The notes below the pieces were generated by a model. That model worked only from the letters and a program-made list of their open reading frames with translations, was not told the origin of the DNA and ran no database searches. Below, piece after piece: positions 59,700 through 64,000 of a stretch of 64,000 bases of DNA (positions are counted from its first letter, which is position 1; each line of letters opens with the position of its first letter). This DNA comes from Hypanus sabinus (lineage: Eukaryota): positions 32,798,001-32,862,000 of the forward strand of contig NC_082728.1 of assembly GCF_030144855.1 (NCBI RefSeq), given 5' to 3'. A program made the position numbers and the translations under genes.

Positions 59700-62600
59700 A
59701 GCAAAGTAGGAATAATAGTATGAACATTTGTTTCCTTTTAAGAATTTACATAAACGCAATCACTTAATCTTCGCTGGTTCTCTCCCCCCCCCCCCCGAAA
59801 GATTACGAATGCAGCCTCTGCAATGTCAGTCTTGCTTTATGTTCAGATTCATGGAAACCTGCTCCCCCGGAGCATACACGTGCAAGAAATTTCAGCTAAT
59901 CCAACACTTTGGGATAAAGTTAGCTGAACTTGAGGAAAAGGTAGCTGACCTGCGATGTTGTACAGAATTGGCATTGTGCTCCAGCTGTCCTTCAGGAAGA
60001 TGGTGTGCACCTCAAGATAGCCGCAGGTTGAGACTCCAGACCAGAAAGAAAAAGGCAGCGTTAGAAGCATCCAACCATTTTGAACAATTAGCAATGCTCA
60101 ATGACTACCATGAGGTGGTAGGAGGACAGAAGAGCCCCACAGGTCCTCCAATGCTAAACCTAAGCCCTGGAGAAAGGAAGTAGTTGTAGTAGGGAACTCA
60201 ATTTAACGGGGGTGGCTGTTGAGAATCAGGTGTGTACTGACAAGGAGTCTTGTACAGTCTGTTCCCTACTAGGAACACAACTGGGAGACCTCCCTGGATG
60301 AGCAGATAGATTCTGGCCAGAGCTGGGCTGGATCCAGCAGTAATTGCCCACATTGCAATAAATAGCTTACTGTAGGTAAGGGCAGGCTGACAGTTCTGGA
60401 AGACAAATCTAAAGAGTTAGGTCGGAATGTTAGGGGCAGAACTGATTTGGTGGTCCTTTCAGAAATTCTGCCTGTGCCACGTGTCAGTCCAGGTAAGATG
60501 GAGGAGTTTATAGAATTTAATGTGTGACTTAAATCGTGGTGTGGGTTGGAGGGAATATGGTTGTGGGACATTGGGGTGCCATTTGGGGCAGATAGAACCT
60601 AAACCACTGTGATGGGTTGCATATGAACCGGAGGGGCACTAATGTACTGGGCAGGTGAATGCTTGAGTTAGCTGAGGACTGTTTAAACTAGGGAATGGGG
60701 AGCAGGGAACTTGGAACAGGCCAGGCTCAACTGTTTAAACATCTTAGTGGATAATAACATATTAGGGCATAAACCAATTATAGGTTTCAAAAATATGAAA
60801 ATGGGTCGGAATAGGATAAAAACAAAATCAATAATAGACCAAGGATGGCCTGTACAAATGCAAGAAATATTAAGAATAAAATAAGTGAGCTGGAATTGTG
60901 TGCAAGAGCCATTAAGTATGATATAATAGCAATAACTGAAACCTGGCTGACTTCAAAAAGATGGTGATGAATATAATATTAAAGAATATACTTAGGAAAG
61001 ATAGGCAAGATCATAAAGGTGGAGAAGAAGCTATTTACATGGAACAGAAGTTAAACATGAGGCTGCTTATGATAAGAAATGAATCGAGACTTAGTGAAGG
61101 TATCTGGGTGAGAATTGAAAGCTGTAAGGATACAAGAATAACATTGGGTCTATGGTTATGTATAGACCCCCTAATGCCGATAGTGATTTTAATAAAAAAA
61201 ACTATCAGAATATTAAAAAAGAAAGTTCTGAGGGTGATGGTATAGTTATAGGTATAGACTTTAATTTGCCAAATATTGAATGGGAGAACCCAGTGTCAAA
61301 TGTATTACAGAAAAGTGAATTCATTGAGTTATTCAATGATTTTTTTTAACCCAGTGTGTTAATGCTCCAGCAAGAGGAGAGATCTGCCTCGATTTGATAT
61401 TCTGTAACAATCAGGATAGGATTTTGATTACTAAGTTGATTTTTTAGGAACGACAGGTCATAACATTGTAGGTCTCAAAGTTTTTTGGGAGAGTATATCA
61501 GTACAAACCAAAGCCATTAAATTGAATTTCAGAAAGGCAAAGTTTATGCAGATGCACCAAAGACTTCAGACAGTAAACTGGAAGGAAATGCTTGACATTG
61601 AGTCAGTCGAGGAACAACACAATCGATTTTAGAGGTAATACACTCAGTGCAGGAAGTGTTCACAACCAAGGTTGGGAGAAACAATATAAACAATAGGTCA
61701 ACGTCAAGGATGAATAAGGATATACATAAAATATTGAAGAAAGGACAGCTATATAAGGAATACCGAAAAATAGTTATGATGTTAACCAGAGGGCATATGA
61801 AAATATGAAAGCTATAGTCAAGAGGGAAAATTGAATTACCAGAGGGCAGGTTGCAAAGTATATTGCTGATAATGCTAAGATTGATCCTAAGAGGTTTTTT
61901 CAATACTTGAGTAGTAAAAGAAATGTCAAGCATGAAATTAAGTGTATTAGGAATAATAAAGGTGTGTTAAGTTATGGAGGGAAGGATATAATGTATACTC
62001 TTAACTCATATTTTGCTGAAGTATTCACCTGTGAAGATGTTAGCAATATGCCAGTAAGTGCAGAGAAAAATAAGATTATTTTAAGTGACTTTGAGATCGT
62101 AGAAAGTGAAGCCCTGCTTCAGCTGAAAAGACTCGGTTGCTAAATCTCCAGGGCCAGACAACACATATCCCTGGGAATTTAAAGAGGTTGGTGATGAAAT
62201 GTGCAAACATGTATTTTACAAAAGTTATTAAAGACTGGTGAAATTCCCATGGACTGGAATGGGCTAATGTTGTTCCAGTATATAAGATGGGTGACCACAC
62301 TGACACTGGTCACTATAGTCCAGCAAGCTTGATGTTTATAGTAGGCAAGATAATGGAAACAATAATAACAAATGAGATGGAAAAGTAGCTGATTAGAACA
62401 GGTGTTCTATAGACCAGAATGCCAGCATGGGTTCAGAAAGGGAAACCATGTTTTACTAATATGCTGGAGTTCTATGAAGAGGCAACTAAAGTTTATGATA
62501 ATAACAGAGAGGTTGATATCATTTGCATGGACTTTCAGAAGCCTTGACATAAGAGGTTAATAATCAAGTTTAAGAAGGTAGGGATTCAGAGTAAGGTGTT

Positions 62601-63480
62601 TGAATGGATGAGAATTGGCCGATGATACAAAATTAGCTGGGTGGGCTGTTAACATTCAGGCAACAGAATCAATACAGTTAGAGCTAAACAAAATCTAGAT
62701 GTGGGCAGATGAGTGACAGATGAATTTTAATGTAAGTAAATGTAAAATATTACATAAGGGAGGTGGAAATATTAGATACAAGTATACAATGGGGGGATCT
62801 TGAGCTGGAAGGTACATGGTATGAGAAGGATTTAGGTGGATTGGTAGACTCATCACTATCAACATCTAGACAATGAACAGAAGAGATTAGGAAGGTTACT
62901 AGAGCATTGGTCTATATAATATGCTCAGTGGAGTTCAAGTCAAGATACATTCTCCTTAAGCTGTTTAATGCTCCGGTGAGGTCACACCTTGAATTCTGTG
63001 TACAATTTTGGTCTCCATTTTGTGTGAGGAATGTGAAGTCACTGAAGAGAGTTCAGAGAAGGGTGACTAGATTCATTCACGGTCTGCAGGGTTTGAGCTC
63101 TGAAGAAAGATTGAAAGAATTAAATCTTTTTAGCCCAAGTAAATGTAGAATGAAAGGAGACATGATGTAGGTGTTCAAAATCATTAAGGGTTATTATTAA
63201 AATCAATAAAGTGGGTGCCAGCTATTAATTCAAAATTAATCCATCATCAAGGACACGAGGCCATAAGTGTTGACTGGTTAAAGGGAGATTTCAGGCTAAC
63301 ATCAGGAAGCATTTCTTTACACAGCAAGTGGATACATGGAACAAACTACCTAGTTGTGGAATTGAGAGTGGCACCTTAGAGACTTCTAAATCTAAGCTCG
63401 GTAGTTACTTCAACACACTATGAATAGGAATTTATCAAGCATAATTGAACCGAATGGCCTGTTGTCAAAATTTTTTAAAT
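59700..63480 (+). mobile_element. Near full-length degenerate CR1 of a different subfamily: ORF1 (zinc finger/leucine zipper plus SGNH esterase) from ~59809, then APE-RT ORF2
   Basis: QCQSC...YTCKK...LAELEEKVADL; SNHFEQL; VVVVGNS; DGLHMNRRGT; YRPP; DFNLP; SPGPDN; RSHLEFCVQFWSP; RKHFFTQ. Confidence 0.9.
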
Positions 63481-63519
63481 GCTCTCATGCCCAACTGAGG
63501 GAGGCTTGGAAATTGGAAA

Positions 63520-63900
63520 AGGTTGCAATGACCAATGTTGTACTTCAATAGAGATAACAGGGACAAAAATGTGGAGACCACTGATTTGACTTTGATAAGA
63601 TTCATATTATTTCATTGCAATTGAAGATTTATTTCATAAAACTTAGCAAATAATTTTGTCAAATAAGCAATGTCATGACTAATATTCTTATGTTTTTCAC
63701 TAAATGAAGCATTCGAGTGTTCAAAGAGTTTTATCACAATTTCAAAAAGCCCATAAAAGTGTCTCTGGCAGGTTCCTTTTGAGAGCCATCTGACTTCTGT
63801 GTGCAACAGCAGGCATTCAAACTGTTCATTATTCTCAATACAAAGCTCTCTAAATTTCTAGAACTAAAATATGGGACATTATTTTATTTACTGCCAAAAT
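63520..63900 (-). mobile_element. hAT (Charlie/Buster-type) transposase fragment
   Basis: LLLHTEVRWLSKG...DIAYLTKLF...INLQLQ. Confidence 0.85.
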
Positions 63901-64000
63901 AACAGTATTTAATGATTTCTCTGGCTAGTCACTTAGATATTTTGTTACAAGATCTTGTCTATAAATTACACAGTGAATGGTAAATACGTTAGGTAAATAT

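Overview
Repeat-dense vertebrate genomic DNA. The repeat repertoire (abundant CR1, Rex1/Babar, Penelope with hammerhead motifs, Tc1, hAT) points to a cartilaginous fish, probably a ray; this is inference. Host genes: two tandem, minus-strand B7-family immunoglobulin genes resembling PD-L1/PD-L2/CD276, which I assembled by hand from splice sites. Gene A has signal, IgV, IgC and TM exons at 20090-15537. Gene B has a signal exon at 151-232 and an IgV exon running off the left edge. Each has a CpG-rich upstream region with an IRF/ISRE site. Most of the rest is transposon-derived: many CR1 copies, a young 5'-truncated L1 with a perfect TSD, a decayed full-length chromodomain Gypsy with a Tf1/sushi-type self-priming signature, several solo LTRs, Penelope fragments with decayed minimal hammerheads, and a four-level nested TE stack at 46.3-58.0 kb. 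The most notable find is in that stack. A ~520 bp non-coding retroposon begins exactly at an HDV-like self-cleaving ribozyme fold (52300-52119, minus strand), which has a structured J1/2 and an unusual ~20-nt insertion next to L3. All calls are by eye; no alignment, folding or database search was run.
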